64,000 nucleotides of DNA from a bacterium (GTDB lineage: Bacteria; UBA8248; JACPRG01; G963555815), in contig CAUVWX020000001.1 in the NCBI GenBank assembly GCA_963555815.3, positions 384,001 to 448,000 on the forward strand, read 5' to 3'. Below are positions 29,087 through 39,172 of this stretch, piece by piece (positions within the stretch are counted from its first letter, which is position 1; every line of letters starts with the position of its first letter). Under the pieces are notes generated by a model. The model was given only the letters and a program-made list of their open reading frames with translations. It did not search any database and was not told the origin of the DNA. The translations under genes were made by a program, and so were the position numbers.

Positions 29087-30313
29087 ATGGCTCGTGAAAT
29101 GGAAGCGCTCGAGAGAAACATTCGGCTCTATCCTTGGTACGCTAGCGCTTTTAACACGTTCTTCTGGATGCCGGTTTTCTTTTTGTATTTCAACGAGCGG
29201 TTTCCCCTCGAAAGCGTGTTGCGGCTCGAAGTCATCTACTATATAGCGGTCGTCTTCTTTGAGGTTCCATCCGGTTACTTTTCTGATTCATTCGGGCGGC
29301 GTATCACGCTGATAGCTTCGTCGGCAGCACTCGTAACAGCTTATTCATTATTCTTTTTTGGAGGCAGATTTGTGCTCTTTGCCGCGGCCCAGATATGTCT
29401 GGCCGTTGGTATCTCTTTCAATTCAGGCACCGATACTTCCTTCCATTTTGATTCATTAGCCGCCCTTGGCAGGGAAAAAGAATTCGCCGACCGAGAGGCA
29501 GGTATAGCAAGAAACATCTTTCTGGCAGGGGCCGGAGCGGCAATTGTCGGTGGTTCCGTTGCAATGCTTCAGCTCCGCTTGGCCTACGGTCTCTCACTCC
29601 CGGCAGCCCTCACAGCCTTTTTCATCGCCCTTTACGCCACTGAACCCACTACACATGAGCGAAAGAATGTGCTTGGTTTCGGGTTCTTCGGGCAACTCAA
29701 AGAATGCCTTCAGTCCCTCCGAACTCCCTCTTTAAGATGGCTGTTCGGCTATGCCGTGATCATGACTGTGCTTAACCACGTGCCCTACGAGTTCTATCAA
29801 GCCTATCTAGGTCTGCTCACTCTCGATCTGAACCTATGGACAAAGAGTACGCCCGTTGTAACTGGACTTCACATGGGTGTCGCAATGCTGTTGGGATCAT
29901 GGTTCGCTTCACAAAGCATTCATTTTCGAGACTGGCTGGGCAATGTTCCCTTGCTCCTTGTAAGCACTTTGGTTCAGACAGCTATCATCACGTTGATGGC
30001 ATTCCTACTCCACCCCATTCTTGCCGTTTTGCTTCTTTTCCGAACTCTTCCTCGCGCCCTGATGACCGCCCCACTCAACGCCGCCGTTGCGCCCCAGGTG
30101 CCCCAGGCACAGCGGGCAACGTATCTCTCCCTCCAAAGCCTAGCTGGAAGGCTCTCATTCGCTGGCGTTCTCTTTATGCTCTCCTTAGTCGCCGGATCTG
30201 ACAAGCCGACCGATTGGCCGTCACTGTCTCTAATACTACGGCTCTGCTCCGGAATCAGCCTGGTGGGTTTGCTCGCTCTGGCGGTGACGGCATCCATCCG
30301 ACGGGCAACATAA
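29087..30313 (+). CDS. MFS transporter
   Basis: About 12 TMs, EVPSGYFSDSFGRR motif A, SGTD, RATYLS; visibly lower GC than its flanks. Confidence 0.9.
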   Translation: MAREMEALERNIRLYPWYASAFNTFFWMPVFFLYFNERFPLESVLRLEVIYYIAVVFFEVPSGYFSDSFGRRITLIASSAALVTAYSLFFFGGRFVLFAAAQICLAVGISFNSGTDTSFHFDSLAALGREKEFADREAGIARNIFLAGAGAAIVGGSVAMLQLRLAYGLSLPAALTAFFIALYATEPTTHERKNVLGFGFFGQLKECLQSLRTPSLRWLFGYAVIMTVLNHVPYEFYQAYLGLLTLDLNLWTKSTPVVTGLHMGVAMLLGSWFASQSIHFRDWLGNVPLLLVSTLVQTAIITLMAFLLHPILAVLLLFRTLPRALMTAPLNAAVAPQVPQAQRATYLSLQSLAGRLSFAGVLFMLSLVAGSDKPTDWPSLSLILRLCSGISLVGLLALAVTASIRRAT

Positions 30314-30354
30314 TAGTTTGAAAAGCTCGACCAGGCCTCCACGAAGTTTTTATT

Positions 30355-30981
30355 TCACCTGTTCACGAGGCGGACGAGGGGGGTGTCGGGCAGGAAATCA
30401 ATGACGTTCAGGGCCCCGTAATGCTGGTCAATGCGGAAAACGTGAGTGAGGGGGATGTCGAGGGTGTCGCAGAGGATCGCCCGGATAGGCCCCGCGTGGG
30501 CCACAACGGCGACGGCCTCCCCCCGGTGTCGTTCCACGAGCTCCCGGACTGTGCCGCGGGCCCGGTCGGAAAGCTCAGCCAGGGTCTCCCCTCCTGGAAT
30601 GCGAAAATTGACAATATCTTGAAACCGCGCCTCCCAATCCTCCGGAAATTTCTGGGCCACCTCCTCAAAGCGAAGTCCCTGCCACCTGCCGAAGTGAATC
30701 TCCCGAAGGCCATCGAGCTTGACCACTTTGCCCTGGAGGCCCAGGCGCTCGGCCAGGAGAAGGGCTCCCTGGTGGCTGCGCCGAAGGCCGCTCGAATAAA
30801 GACGGATCACCTCCTGACCCCCGAGCAACTTCGCCGCCCGCTCCATCTGTCGAAGACCCTCCGGGCTTAAGCCCGGGTCCCCTTGGCCGCCATAATAAAT
30901 TCCCTGGTAAGCCTCCTCCACCTCCCCGTGGCGAAGGAGAAAGAGGCGGGCCGTCTTCTCGTCCAGACTGGGAAGGTTCAA
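30355..30981 (-). CDS. cobC: Histidine phosphatase, alpha-ribazole-phosphatase-like
   Basis: LLRHGE, LREIHFGRWQG, PGGE, AHAGPIR; exact substrate unproven. Confidence 0.7.
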   Translation of the reverse strand: MNLPSLDEKTARLFLLRHGEVEEAYQGIYYGGQGDPGLSPEGLRQMERAAKLLGGQEVIRLYSSGLRRSHQGALLLAERLGLQGKVVKLDGLREIHFGRWQGLRFEEVAQKFPEDWEARFQDIVNFRIPGGETLAELSDRARGTVRELVERHRGEAVAVVAHAGPIRAILCDTLDIPLTHVFRIDQHYGALNVIDFLPDTPLVRLVNR

Positions 30982-31440
30982 AACAGGTGTCCCCCTTTCT
31001 TTGAAGCCAGCTTAGCAGAGAAGGGGCAGACCGGGCGAGGGCGGCCGCCTCCACGGGGTCTACTACGGCGTCCCCATCCGGTTCGCCACGGGCCTTCTTG
31101 TAGGCCCTAAAAAGATCTCTCCTGCAGGCTTCCAAGGACTCAAAGAGAGTGTCCGGGGTCTCAAAGGGCTTTCTCCAAAAGCCGTCTCAAGCGCCTTTCG
31201 CCCAGTCAGCACCTAAACATCTTCTCTCCTCCGAAAAATCCAATCCTTTTCACCCCACAGCGGGCCAGAAATCCGAGTCTTGCAAGGCATCCACCTCGAC
31301 GGGGAGCCCAAACTCTCCTCAGAAAGCAGTGTGTCGCCCACGATTTCCTGGATCGCACCCCGAGTGGAACAATTGACAGGAAAGAGGGGGTTTTGATTAA
31401 ATCGAGCCCTCTCGGATTGGGTGGCGACAGAGGATTCAGA

Positions 31441-32388
31441 TTGTCAAAAAGGTCTCGCAAAAAAAAGGGGGCATTTCGTCGCCTCCGGTATGCCCTGGAA
31501 GGCGGTTTCCTTTGGGCGGTCTGCGGACTGCTGAGGGTGATTCCCCGAAAATCCGTGGACCTCATCGCCAGGGGGGCCTCCGTCCTCCTTTTTCATTTGG
31601 CCAGGCGAAGACGCCAGGTCACCCTGGAGAACCTTCGGGTCGCTTTTGGACACCAGATGAGGGAGACAGAGCTGTTGCAGCTTGCCCGGGAGAGCTACCG
31701 CCACTGGCTAAAATCCTTTTTGGAGTTAGGCCAGCTCTTGGGGCGCGATGGGGATCGCCTACTGGAAGAGGTCGATGGGGAGGGAGCGAATTTCCTTCAG
31801 GAAGCCCAGGCGAGGGGCAAAGGGGTCATCGTGATCACGGGTCACTTCGGGAACTTTGAGCTGATGCCCCTTTGGTGGTCTCGCCATTACTCGCCCCTCA
31901 ACCTGGTGATCCGGCCTCTGGACAACCCCTGGCTTGAGACCCGTCTGGCGAGGGTCCGCGGGCGCTTTGGAAATCGGCTTCTGACGCGTCGTCACGTCAT
32001 GACCGAGGCCCTGCGTTGCCTTCGCCGGGGGGAGACGGTGGGGCTCCTCATCGATCAGAATATGGCCCATCGGCAGGGGCTCTTCGTCCAGTTCTTCGGG
32101 AAATGGGCCTGCACGACACGGCTCCCCGCCCTCCTCGCCCTGAGGACGGGGTCGCCCGTTATCCCGGTCTTCATCCGGCGTCTGGGCGGCGGGAAACACC
32201 GGGTGAGCATCGGAGAGGAGGTCCCTCTTGTGCGAACGGGCGTTGTGAGCCAGGACCTGCAGAACAACACGGCGCGTTTCACTCAGATCCTCGAAGAGAT
32301 GGTCAAGAGGTATCCAGCGCAATGGTTTTGGATCCATCGCCGCTGGAAGAATCAGCCTCCTTCGTCCATCTCCTCCAGCAGGGTGTGA
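31441..32388 (+). CDS. lpxL: Lipid A lauroyl/myristoyl acyltransferase
   Basis: GHFGNFE, RPLDNP, LIDQ, FFG, QWFWIHRRWK; AGAGGA RBS before TTG. Confidence 0.9.
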   Translation: MSKRSRKKKGAFRRLRYALEGGFLWAVCGLLRVIPRKSVDLIARGASVLLFHLARRRRQVTLENLRVAFGHQMRETELLQLARESYRHWLKSFLELGQLLGRDGDRLLEEVDGEGANFLQEAQARGKGVIVITGHFGNFELMPLWWSRHYSPLNLVIRPLDNPWLETRLARVRGRFGNRLLTRRHVMTEALRCLRRGETVGLLIDQNMAHRQGLFVQFFGKWACTTRLPALLALRTGSPVIPVFIRRLGGGKHRVSIGEEVPLVRTGVVSQDLQNNTARFTQILEEMVKRYPAQWFWIHRRWKNQPPSSISSSRV

Positions 32389-32398
32389 GGAGAACAGG

Positions 32399-33418
32399 GT
32401 GGAGATCTGGGTGATTGGGCCCACCTGGGTGGGCGACGCGGTGATGGCCACGCCGATCCTGGCAAACCTCAAGGCCGCGCACCCGGAGGCCAGGCTGGGC
32501 CTCTTGGCAAGCGTCGAGACGGGGGCCCTGCTGAGGGATCACCCCCACGTGGACGTCCTAGAGGTGAGGGAGAGGGGCACCATGGGGTGGTGGCGGGCGG
32601 CGAGAGCCCTCAGGCGGCGGCACATCGACTGGGCCCTCATCCTGCCCAATTCTTTTCAAAGTGCTATGGTGGCCTATCTCAGCGGCGCAAGACGTCGAAC
32701 TGGATACGCCCGGGATGGCCGCTCCGCTCTCCTCACAGAACCCATTGCCTTTTCACCGGAGCGAAGACTCCACCAGGTGGAGGAGTACCTGGCCCTTCTA
32801 GAGGGGGCCGGGGTTCCCGTCGTCGAGCGCCAGCCCTTCCTTCCCTTGGTCCCCGAGGAGGAGGCCTTTGTCGACAGGGTTTGGCAGGCCAAGGGGATCG
32901 GCCCTGGAGAGCCGGTCCTGGGACTGAACCCGGGGGCACATTTTGGGGAGACAAAGCTTTGGGATCCTCTGCGCCACGCCGCTGTGGCGGACCGGCTGGC
33001 CCAGGAGGAAGGGGTCCGCATCGTGATCTTCGGGGACCGGAAGGAAATGTCTCTGGCGGCTCGGATTGAGGAAAACCTGAAGGCGCCTTCGGTCAATATG
33101 GCGGGCGGGGATGACCTCCCCAAGCTGGCGGCGATGCTTCGGCGCTGTTCAGTCCTCCTGACGGCCGATACGGGCCCCATGCACATGGCGGCCGCTCTGG
33201 GGACACCTGTGGTGGCCCTCTTTGGCCCAACGGACCCCCGGCACACCGCCCCCTATGGGGAAGGCCACACGGTCCTTCGCCGGGACCTCTTCTGCTCTCC
33301 TTGTTTTCTGAAACGCTGTCCCTACGGCCACGAGTGCATGGAGGAACTGGAGGTGGAGGAGGTCGTCGATGCCGTCCGATCAAAGCTCAAGCTTCCTCGC
33401 GGGATAAATTCCAGCTGA
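32399..33418 (+). CDS. waaF: LPS heptosyltransferase II (GT9)
   Basis: PTWVGDAVM, LPNSFQSA, LNPGA, DTGPMH, LFGPT. Confidence 0.9.
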   Translation: MEIWVIGPTWVGDAVMATPILANLKAAHPEARLGLLASVETGALLRDHPHVDVLEVRERGTMGWWRAARALRRRHIDWALILPNSFQSAMVAYLSGARRRTGYARDGRSALLTEPIAFSPERRLHQVEEYLALLEGAGVPVVERQPFLPLVPEEEAFVDRVWQAKGIGPGEPVLGLNPGAHFGETKLWDPLRHAAVADRLAQEEGVRIVIFGDRKEMSLAARIEENLKAPSVNMAGGDDLPKLAAMLRRCSVLLTADTGPMHMAAALGTPVVALFGPTDPRHTAPYGEGHTVLRRDLFCSPCFLKRCPYGHECMEELEVEEVVDAVRSKLKLPRGINSS

Positions 33419-33450
33419 AAGGAACCTTTCTAAGAACGGGAGACAAAAGG

Positions 33451-34449
33451 GTGGGTCTAAAGGAGCGAGCCCGGGACTTTTCCGGCCGGCGCATCACCGT
33501 TCTTGGCGACATCATCGCCGATGAATACCTCCTTGCCCAAACGGACCGAATCTCCCGCGAGGCCCCCGTCCCGATCTTGAAATATCGTTCGCGGGAGCTC
33601 TCCCTTGGAGGGGCCGCCAACGCAGCCCATAATGTAAAAGCCCTCGGGGGAGACGTTTCCCTCGTCGGCATTGTGGGGGAGGATCACCTCGGGAAGGAGA
33701 TATTGAAACTTCTTGAGACCGAGGGGGTCGACACCCAACGGGTCATCCGCGCCCAGGAGGCCGCGACCACCTGTAAGACGCGCATCCTGGCGGGAGGCTT
33801 CCATACCACCAAACATCAGATCCTTCGGATCGATCGGGAATCGGAGGGGGAATATGCAAAAACCACCACAGAGAGGCTCTTGGCCTCTTTGGAGGAGGCC
33901 TTGCAGGGCGCAGAGGCCCTGGTGGTCTCAGACTATGGCCTGGGTGTGGTGAAGGAGCCTGTGGTGGCAGCGGTCAACCGCCTGGCCGAGAGGGCCCTTG
34001 CAGCTTCTTCCAATCCCCGATCGCCCCTTGTGACCGTGGACTCCCGCCATAACCTCCTCGCCTTTCGGGGGATTACCGCCCTGACTCCAAACGAGCTTGA
34101 GCTCCAGGAGGTGATCGACAATCACCTCCCTGAAGATAGGATTTTCCAGGAGGGCGAGGCCCTTCGCCGCCGTCTGGGGGCGCGGGGGCTCTTGCTCACC
34201 CGGGGGAGTCGTGGGATGGTCCTCTTTGAAGCGGGGGAAGAGCCCCGGCCTATTGGCATCTTCGGCCTCGATAAGGCGGCGGACGGGACGGGCGCCGGAG
34301 ACACCGTCATCAGCGCCTTCACCCTGGCCCAGGCGGCCGGGGCCTCTATGTGGGAGGCGGCCCAGCTGGCCAACATCGCGGGAGGCCTCGTCGTGATGAA
34401 GCGTGGGACGGCCACCGTGAGCGCCCGAGAGCTTCTAGAGGCCCTATGA
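33451..34449 (+). CDS. rfaE1: D-glycero-beta-D-manno-heptose-7-phosphate kinase
   Basis: RISREAPVP, GGAAN, SDYG, TPN, GAGDTV. Confidence 0.9.
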   Translation: MGLKERARDFSGRRITVLGDIIADEYLLAQTDRISREAPVPILKYRSRELSLGGAANAAHNVKALGGDVSLVGIVGEDHLGKEILKLLETEGVDTQRVIRAQEAATTCKTRILAGGFHTTKHQILRIDRESEGEYAKTTTERLLASLEEALQGAEALVVSDYGLGVVKEPVVAAVNRLAERALAASSNPRSPLVTVDSRHNLLAFRGITALTPNELELQEVIDNHLPEDRIFQEGEALRRRLGARGLLLTRGSRGMVLFEAGEEPRPIGIFGLDKAADGTGAGDTVISAFTLAQAAGASMWEAAQLANIAGGLVVMKRGTATVSARELLEAL

Positions 34450-34940
34450 ACTCCAGAGTCCCGCCCACAGCGCCCATCAAGAATCTTGAGGAGCTTCAGA
34501 CCATCGTGGAGGAGCAGAAGGGGAAAGGACGTCGCGTCATCTTTGCCAATGGCTGCTTTGACCTGCTCCACGTGGGCCACATCCGGTATCTCACGCAGGC
34601 CCGGGCCCTGAGGGATCTCCTGATCGTTGGGGTCAATGACGACGCCTCGACCCGCACCCTGAAAGGGGAAGGGAGGCCCCTGATGGGCCAGGAGGATCGG
34701 CTGAAAATTCTCTCGGCCCTGAGATGCGTGGACTACCTTCTCCTCTTCGGGGAGCAAGACGTCAGCCGCATCCTGAAGGTCCTGAAGCCTCACGTCCACG
34801 CCAAGGGGACGGACTATGCGGAAGAGACGGTTCCGGAGCGTGAAACAGTCCGGGCCTATGGGGGCGAGGTCGCCATCACTGGAGACCCAAAGACCCGCTC
34901 CTCATCCGATTTCATTCGCCAACTGACGAATGATGACTGA
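34446..34940 (+). CDS. rfaE2: Heptose-1-phosphate adenylyltransferase
   Basis: ANGCFDLLHVGH, KGEGRP, KGTDY, SSS. Confidence 0.9.
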   Translation: MNSRVPPTAPIKNLEELQTIVEEQKGKGRRVIFANGCFDLLHVGHIRYLTQARALRDLLIVGVNDDASTRTLKGEGRPLMGQEDRLKILSALRCVDYLLLFGEQDVSRILKVLKPHVHAKGTDYAEETVPERETVRAYGGEVAITGDPKTRSSSDFIRQLTNDD

Positions 34941-35991
34941 ACGGATCGGAATCATTAAGCTGGGGTCCCTCGGAGACATCGTCCACACCTTGCCAGCCCT
35001 AGCAACTCTTCGGCGCCACTACCCGAAGGCTTACATTGGCTGGATGGTCGAAGCGCCTAACCGGGATCTCCTAAAGGACCATCCCCTCGTGGATGAGGTC
35101 TTCCTCGTCGACACCGCCAAGTGGCGACGGCTTCGTTGGAGCGGAGCCCTCCCCGCCCTTCGCCGGATCCGCCGGGCAGGCTTTGAGGTGGTCATCGATT
35201 TTCAAGGGTTGCTGAAGAGTGCGCTCCTCGGCCGGTGGACGGGCGCCAGAACTCGAATCGGTTTTGAGGCCGCCCTCTGCCGAGAGCCTGTCAGCGCCAA
35301 TTTCTCCACGGTACAGGTCCGCCCCCCACCCGGGGCTCGCCATGTGGTCGATCTCAACCTCTCTCTTCTCTCTTCTCTGGTGGCCCACCCGGAGAAGGAA
35401 AGAATTGAGTTTCCCCTCGGATTGACGCCAGCGGAGCAACGCCGAGCCGAGACCTATTTCTCTCAACTGGGATGGGGTCCCGAGACGCCTGTCCTGGCCC
35501 TTCATCCCGGCGCGGGATGGGCCACCAAGCGGTGGGAGACCGCCCGGTACGCCGCCCTTGGAGACCGCCTGGCCAAGGAGACGGGGGCCCGGCTTCTCCT
35601 CACTTGGGGCCCCGGGGATAAAGCCAGCGTCGAAGCCCTTCGCCTGACCCTGCGGGCCCCGGCTGAACTCGCCCCCCCCACCCGTATCAAGGAGCTCGCC
35701 GCCATCCTAGAACGATGCCAGCTCTTCATCGGCGGCGACACCGGCCCACTTCATCTCGCAACAGCCCTGGGGGTCCCAACGGTCGCCATCTTCGGGCCCA
35801 CGACGCCCGAGCGAAACGGCCCCTACGGGTCTCTGGGGCGGGTGGTCCACCATGAACTCCCCTGCAGCCACTGCTACAAAAGGGTCTGCCCGGGCTACGG
35901 CACCCGTTGCCTCACCTCGATGACCGTCGAGGAGGTGGCAGAGGTCGCCTTGGAGCGGTGGTCACCAGCGACCTCGCCAGGCCGCTGGTGA
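34930..35991 (+). CDS. waaC: LPS heptosyltransferase I (GT9)
   Basis: SLGDIVHTLP, DFQGLLKS, KRW, DTGPLH. Confidence 0.9.
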   Translation: MMTERIGIIKLGSLGDIVHTLPALATLRRHYPKAYIGWMVEAPNRDLLKDHPLVDEVFLVDTAKWRRLRWSGALPALRRIRRAGFEVVIDFQGLLKSALLGRWTGARTRIGFEAALCREPVSANFSTVQVRPPPGARHVVDLNLSLLSSLVAHPEKERIEFPLGLTPAEQRRAETYFSQLGWGPETPVLALHPGAGWATKRWETARYAALGDRLAKETGARLLLTWGPGDKASVEALRLTLRAPAELAPPTRIKELAAILERCQLFIGGDTGPLHLATALGVPTVAIFGPTTPERNGPYGSLGRVVHHELPCSHCYKRVCPGYGTRCLTSMTVEEVAEVALERWSPATSPGRW

Positions 35992-36008
35992 GAGTGCATA
36001 ACGGACGG

Positions 36009-36962
36009 ATGCGCTGCCTTGTGACAGGGGCCGCCGGCTTCATCGGCTCCCACCTCTGCGAGGCCCTGACGGCTGAGGGCCACTCCGTGCGCGGTGTGGA
36101 CTCCTTCACGGACCTCTACCCCCGAGCTTGCAAGGAAAAAAACCTTGCCTCCCTGCAGCGAGAGACTCATTTCGAGCTCAAGGAAGCGGATCTGGTCGAG
36201 GCAGATTGTGAAAACCTTCTTCGAGAAGTGGACTGGGTGTTTCACCAGGCTGCCCATGCGGGTGTGCGCCAGAGCTGGGGCAAAAAATTTCGAAGCTACA
36301 CAGAATATAACGTCTTAGCAACGCAACGGTTGCTGGAGGCCTGCCGGCAAAAAAACCTTAAGAAATTCCTCTACGCCTCTTCTTCCTCCATCTACGGAGA
36401 GGCCGAGCTCTGCCAGACGTCCGAAGACGCCCCGCCGAAACCTCTCTCCCCCTATGGGGTCAGCAAACTGGCGGGCGAGCATCTGTGTTACCTCTACATG
36501 CAGCAATTCGCCGTTCCCACGGTGGCCCTTCGGTATTTCACCGTGTACGGCCCAAGGCAACGCCCCGACATGGCCTTCCACCGGTTCATCGCAGCCCTCC
36601 TAGACAGCCAGACCCTGGAGATCTATGGGGACGGCGAACAGACGCGGGATTTTACCTATGTCAGCGACGTGGTGAAGGCCAACCTGGCGGCGACCGTTTC
36701 CGGACAGGCAGGAGGGGTCTACAATATCGGGGGCGGGGAGCGGGCCTCCGTGAACCAGATCATTCAAATGCTGGAAACCCTCGCAGGGCGACCTGCGAAG
36801 GTGCACTCCCTCCAACGCGAGGCAGGAGACGTCCGTCACACCTGGGCGGATGTTTCCCGTGCCCGCCAGGAGATAGGATTTTCGCCGCAGGTGGGGCTCC
36901 AGGAGGGGCTCAAGCGACAGTTTGATTGGCAAGCAGGGAGGAAAAGAGATGCCCATCGATAA
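36009..36962 (+). CDS. NAD-dependent epimerase (UDP-glucuronate 4-epimerase-like)
   Basis: TGAAGFIGS, SSSSIYG, YGVSK, FTVYGPRQRPDMA. Confidence 0.9.
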   Translation: MRCLVTGAAGFIGSHLCEALTAEGHSVRGVDSFTDLYPRACKEKNLASLQRETHFELKEADLVEADCENLLREVDWVFHQAAHAGVRQSWGKKFRSYTEYNVLATQRLLEACRQKNLKKFLYASSSSIYGEAELCQTSEDAPPKPLSPYGVSKLAGEHLCYLYMQQFAVPTVALRYFTVYGPRQRPDMAFHRFIAALLDSQTLEIYGDGEQTRDFTYVSDVVKANLAATVSGQAGGVYNIGGGERASVNQIIQMLETLAGRPAKVHSLQREAGDVRHTWADVSRARQEIGFSPQVGLQEGLKRQFDWQAGRKRDAHR

Positions 36963-37134
36963 AGAACTTTTGGATATCTTGGCCTGTCCCAAATGCAAAG
37001 GAGATATCCATCTCACCGAGGCAAAGGACGGTCTCGTCTGCGACGCCTGCCAACTCCTCTACCCCATCAAGGACGAGATCCCGGTTATGCTCATCGAGGA
37101 GGCCATTCCCCTTGGGGGAGAGAAGAAGGATTAG
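36949..37134 (+). CDS. Trm112/YcaR family protein
   Basis: LLDILACPKCKG...C..C..YPIKDEIPVML. Confidence 0.9.
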   Translation: MPIDKELLDILACPKCKGDIHLTEAKDGLVCDACQLLYPIKDEIPVMLIEEAIPLGGEKKD

Positions 37135-37164
37135 CCCAGCCATGGGTCAAGGAGGAACCAGGCG

Positions 37165-37959
37165 ATGGGGCAAAAGGTAGCCCTTTCGGCCGCGGTGGTG
37201 GCCCAGAACGAGGCGGAGCGGATCGGCCCCTGCCTGGACAGCCTGAGCTGGGTGGACGAGATCATCGTGGTGGACGGGGGGAGCGCCGATGGGACCCAAA
37301 ACCTTTGCCGTCAGCACGGGGCCCGGGTCATCGAACATCCCTGGGAAGGATACTCTATCCAGAAGAATCGAGCCCTCGGAGAGGCCAGCCACCCCTGGGT
37401 CCTTTCTGTCGACGCCGATGAGAGGGTCACTGAGGATCTGCGACAAGAGATCGAGGACCTCTTGAGCGGCGAGCCCGCCTGCAACGGGTACTATATCCCC
37501 CGAAAGAATATTTTTTGGGGACACTGGATGCGCGGCCGGCAGTTCTACCCCGACTATCAGATGCGTCTCATTCGCCGCGAAAAGGCGGGGTTTGTCGAAC
37601 GGAAGGTCCACGAGTCGGCCTTCGTCGCGGGCCCCACGGGAAAACTCCGAGGGGCTCTTGAGCACTATAGCTACAGCGACTTAAGAGACTATCTGCAACG
37701 CCAGCACCACTATGCCAGCCTGGCTGCCGAGGAGCTGAGAGAAAGAGGAGTGCGCCCCAGATGGCACCACCTCCTCCTTCGCCCGCCCGCCCGGTTCCTC
37801 AAGGGCTATGTGCTGAGGGGGGGCTTTGTGGACGGGCTGGATGGCCTCCTCGTGGCGGGCATGGACGCCCTCTACGTCCTGGCCAAATATGGGAGGCTGA
37901 GGGAGCTCTGGGAGCGAAATTCTGAAGGCCCCTCCCCGCCCCTTGACCCACAGCGCTAA
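37165..37959 (+). CDS. GT2 LPS beta-1,4-glucosyltransferase-like protein
   Basis: NEAERI, DGGSAD, DADE, YPDYQ.RL, VHE, GFVDG. Confidence 0.88.
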   Translation: MGQKVALSAAVVAQNEAERIGPCLDSLSWVDEIIVVDGGSADGTQNLCRQHGARVIEHPWEGYSIQKNRALGEASHPWVLSVDADERVTEDLRQEIEDLLSGEPACNGYYIPRKNIFWGHWMRGRQFYPDYQMRLIRREKAGFVERKVHESAFVAGPTGKLRGALEHYSYSDLRDYLQRQHHYASLAAEELRERGVRPRWHHLLLRPPARFLKGYVLRGGFVDGLDGLLVAGMDALYVLAKYGRLRELWERNSEGPSPPLDPQR

Positions 37960-37962
37960 AAA

Positions 37963-39096
37963 ATGACGCCTCCTCTCACCATCCTCCAAGTCATTAGCAG
38001 TCCCTGGTGGACGGGGGCCGCCCTCTCTGTCCTGGATCTCAGCCGGGGGCTGGCCGCGCGGGGTCACCGTGTCTTCCTGGCCCTCATCCCAGGGGGCGCC
38101 CTGGAAGATCGGGCCCGCCTGGCAGAGGTTCCCCTGGTCACGAACCTGCGGCTGAACCGACGAGGGAATCCGCTCTGGTTCTTCTCTGACTGGATCCGCC
38201 TGAGGAAACTTCTAAAGAGGCATGACATCGACGTCGTTCACACCCATCTCTCCCATGACCACTGGGCCGCGGCACTGGCCCAACGGCGGATGCAAGACCG
38301 GCCTATCTCTTTGCGAACCTTTCACTCCCAACGGGCGGTCAAGGGAGATCCCGTCTCCCGCCGCCTCTACGTCCGCATGACAGACGGGGCGGTGGCGGTC
38401 TCAGACCCCATCTGTCAGGCCTGCCTCGGGCGGGCAGGTTTTCAGTCGGAATTGGTGCGGACCATCCCGGGGGCTGTTGATCTAGAGCGGTTCCTTCCGC
38501 GTTCCCCCAGATCGGGGTTGGCGCAAAGACTCGGGCTGAACGGCACGGGTTCTTTGGTTGGGATCGTATCTCGCCTGGCGCCGGACCGCGGTCACGCCGC
38601 CCTTCTGGAGGCCTTCGCCCACGTCCGAAGAGAGATCCCCGGGACGAAACTCCTGATTGTAGGAAAGGGGGAGCACACATCTGAAATCCGCCTCAAGCTC
38701 AGAATGCTCGGCCTCCTTGGGGATGTCATCATGACAGGCTATTGGGAGGAGGACATCCGGGACGTTCTCGCCCTCATGGACATCTTCGTCCTCCTGTCCC
38801 CAGGCTCTGGGGGAGCGGGCAGGGCGCTCCTAGAGGCCATGGCCATGGGGCTGCCCAGCGTGGTGGCCGATTGTGGGGGGCTCGGTGAGATCGTGGTGGA
38901 GGGGGAGTCGGGCGTCGTCGTCCCGCCCGGGGAAGTTTCCGCCCTGGCCAAGGCCATCATCGAACTTCTACGGGACCCGGAGCGGGCCAAGCGGATGGGA
39001 GCCGCGGCCCGGCAAAGGGTGAAGGAAAGCTACCCCCTGGACCTCTTGGTCGAGCGGACAGAGAGATGGTATCTGGAGCTGATGGAGAGAAGATGA
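37963..39096 (+). CDS. GT4 glycosyltransferase
   Basis: GVD-like GAVDLERF, LEAMAMGLP, GT-B C-terminus. Confidence 0.88.
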   Translation: MTPPLTILQVISSPWWTGAALSVLDLSRGLAARGHRVFLALIPGGALEDRARLAEVPLVTNLRLNRRGNPLWFFSDWIRLRKLLKRHDIDVVHTHLSHDHWAAALAQRRMQDRPISLRTFHSQRAVKGDPVSRRLYVRMTDGAVAVSDPICQACLGRAGFQSELVRTIPGAVDLERFLPRSPRSGLAQRLGLNGTGSLVGIVSRLAPDRGHAALLEAFAHVRREIPGTKLLIVGKGEHTSEIRLKLRMLGLLGDVIMTGYWEEDIRDVLALMDIFVLLSPGSGGAGRALLEAMAMGLPSVVADCGGLGEIVVEGESGVVVPPGEVSALAKAIIELLRDPERAKRMGAAARQRVKESYPLDLLVERTERWYLELMERR

Positions 39097-39172
39097 AGAG
39101 AGGATCCCTTTTGTTTACACTACAGGGGCCATTCGCAACGTCGCCGCGGGCTTTCTTGGACACCCGGATCTC

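Noticed and set aside
30982..31440. ORFs 31149-31376 and 31206-31565 in the cobC/lpxL gap
   Set aside because: No motifs; the region is better explained as divergent promoters (TTGACA at 31373)
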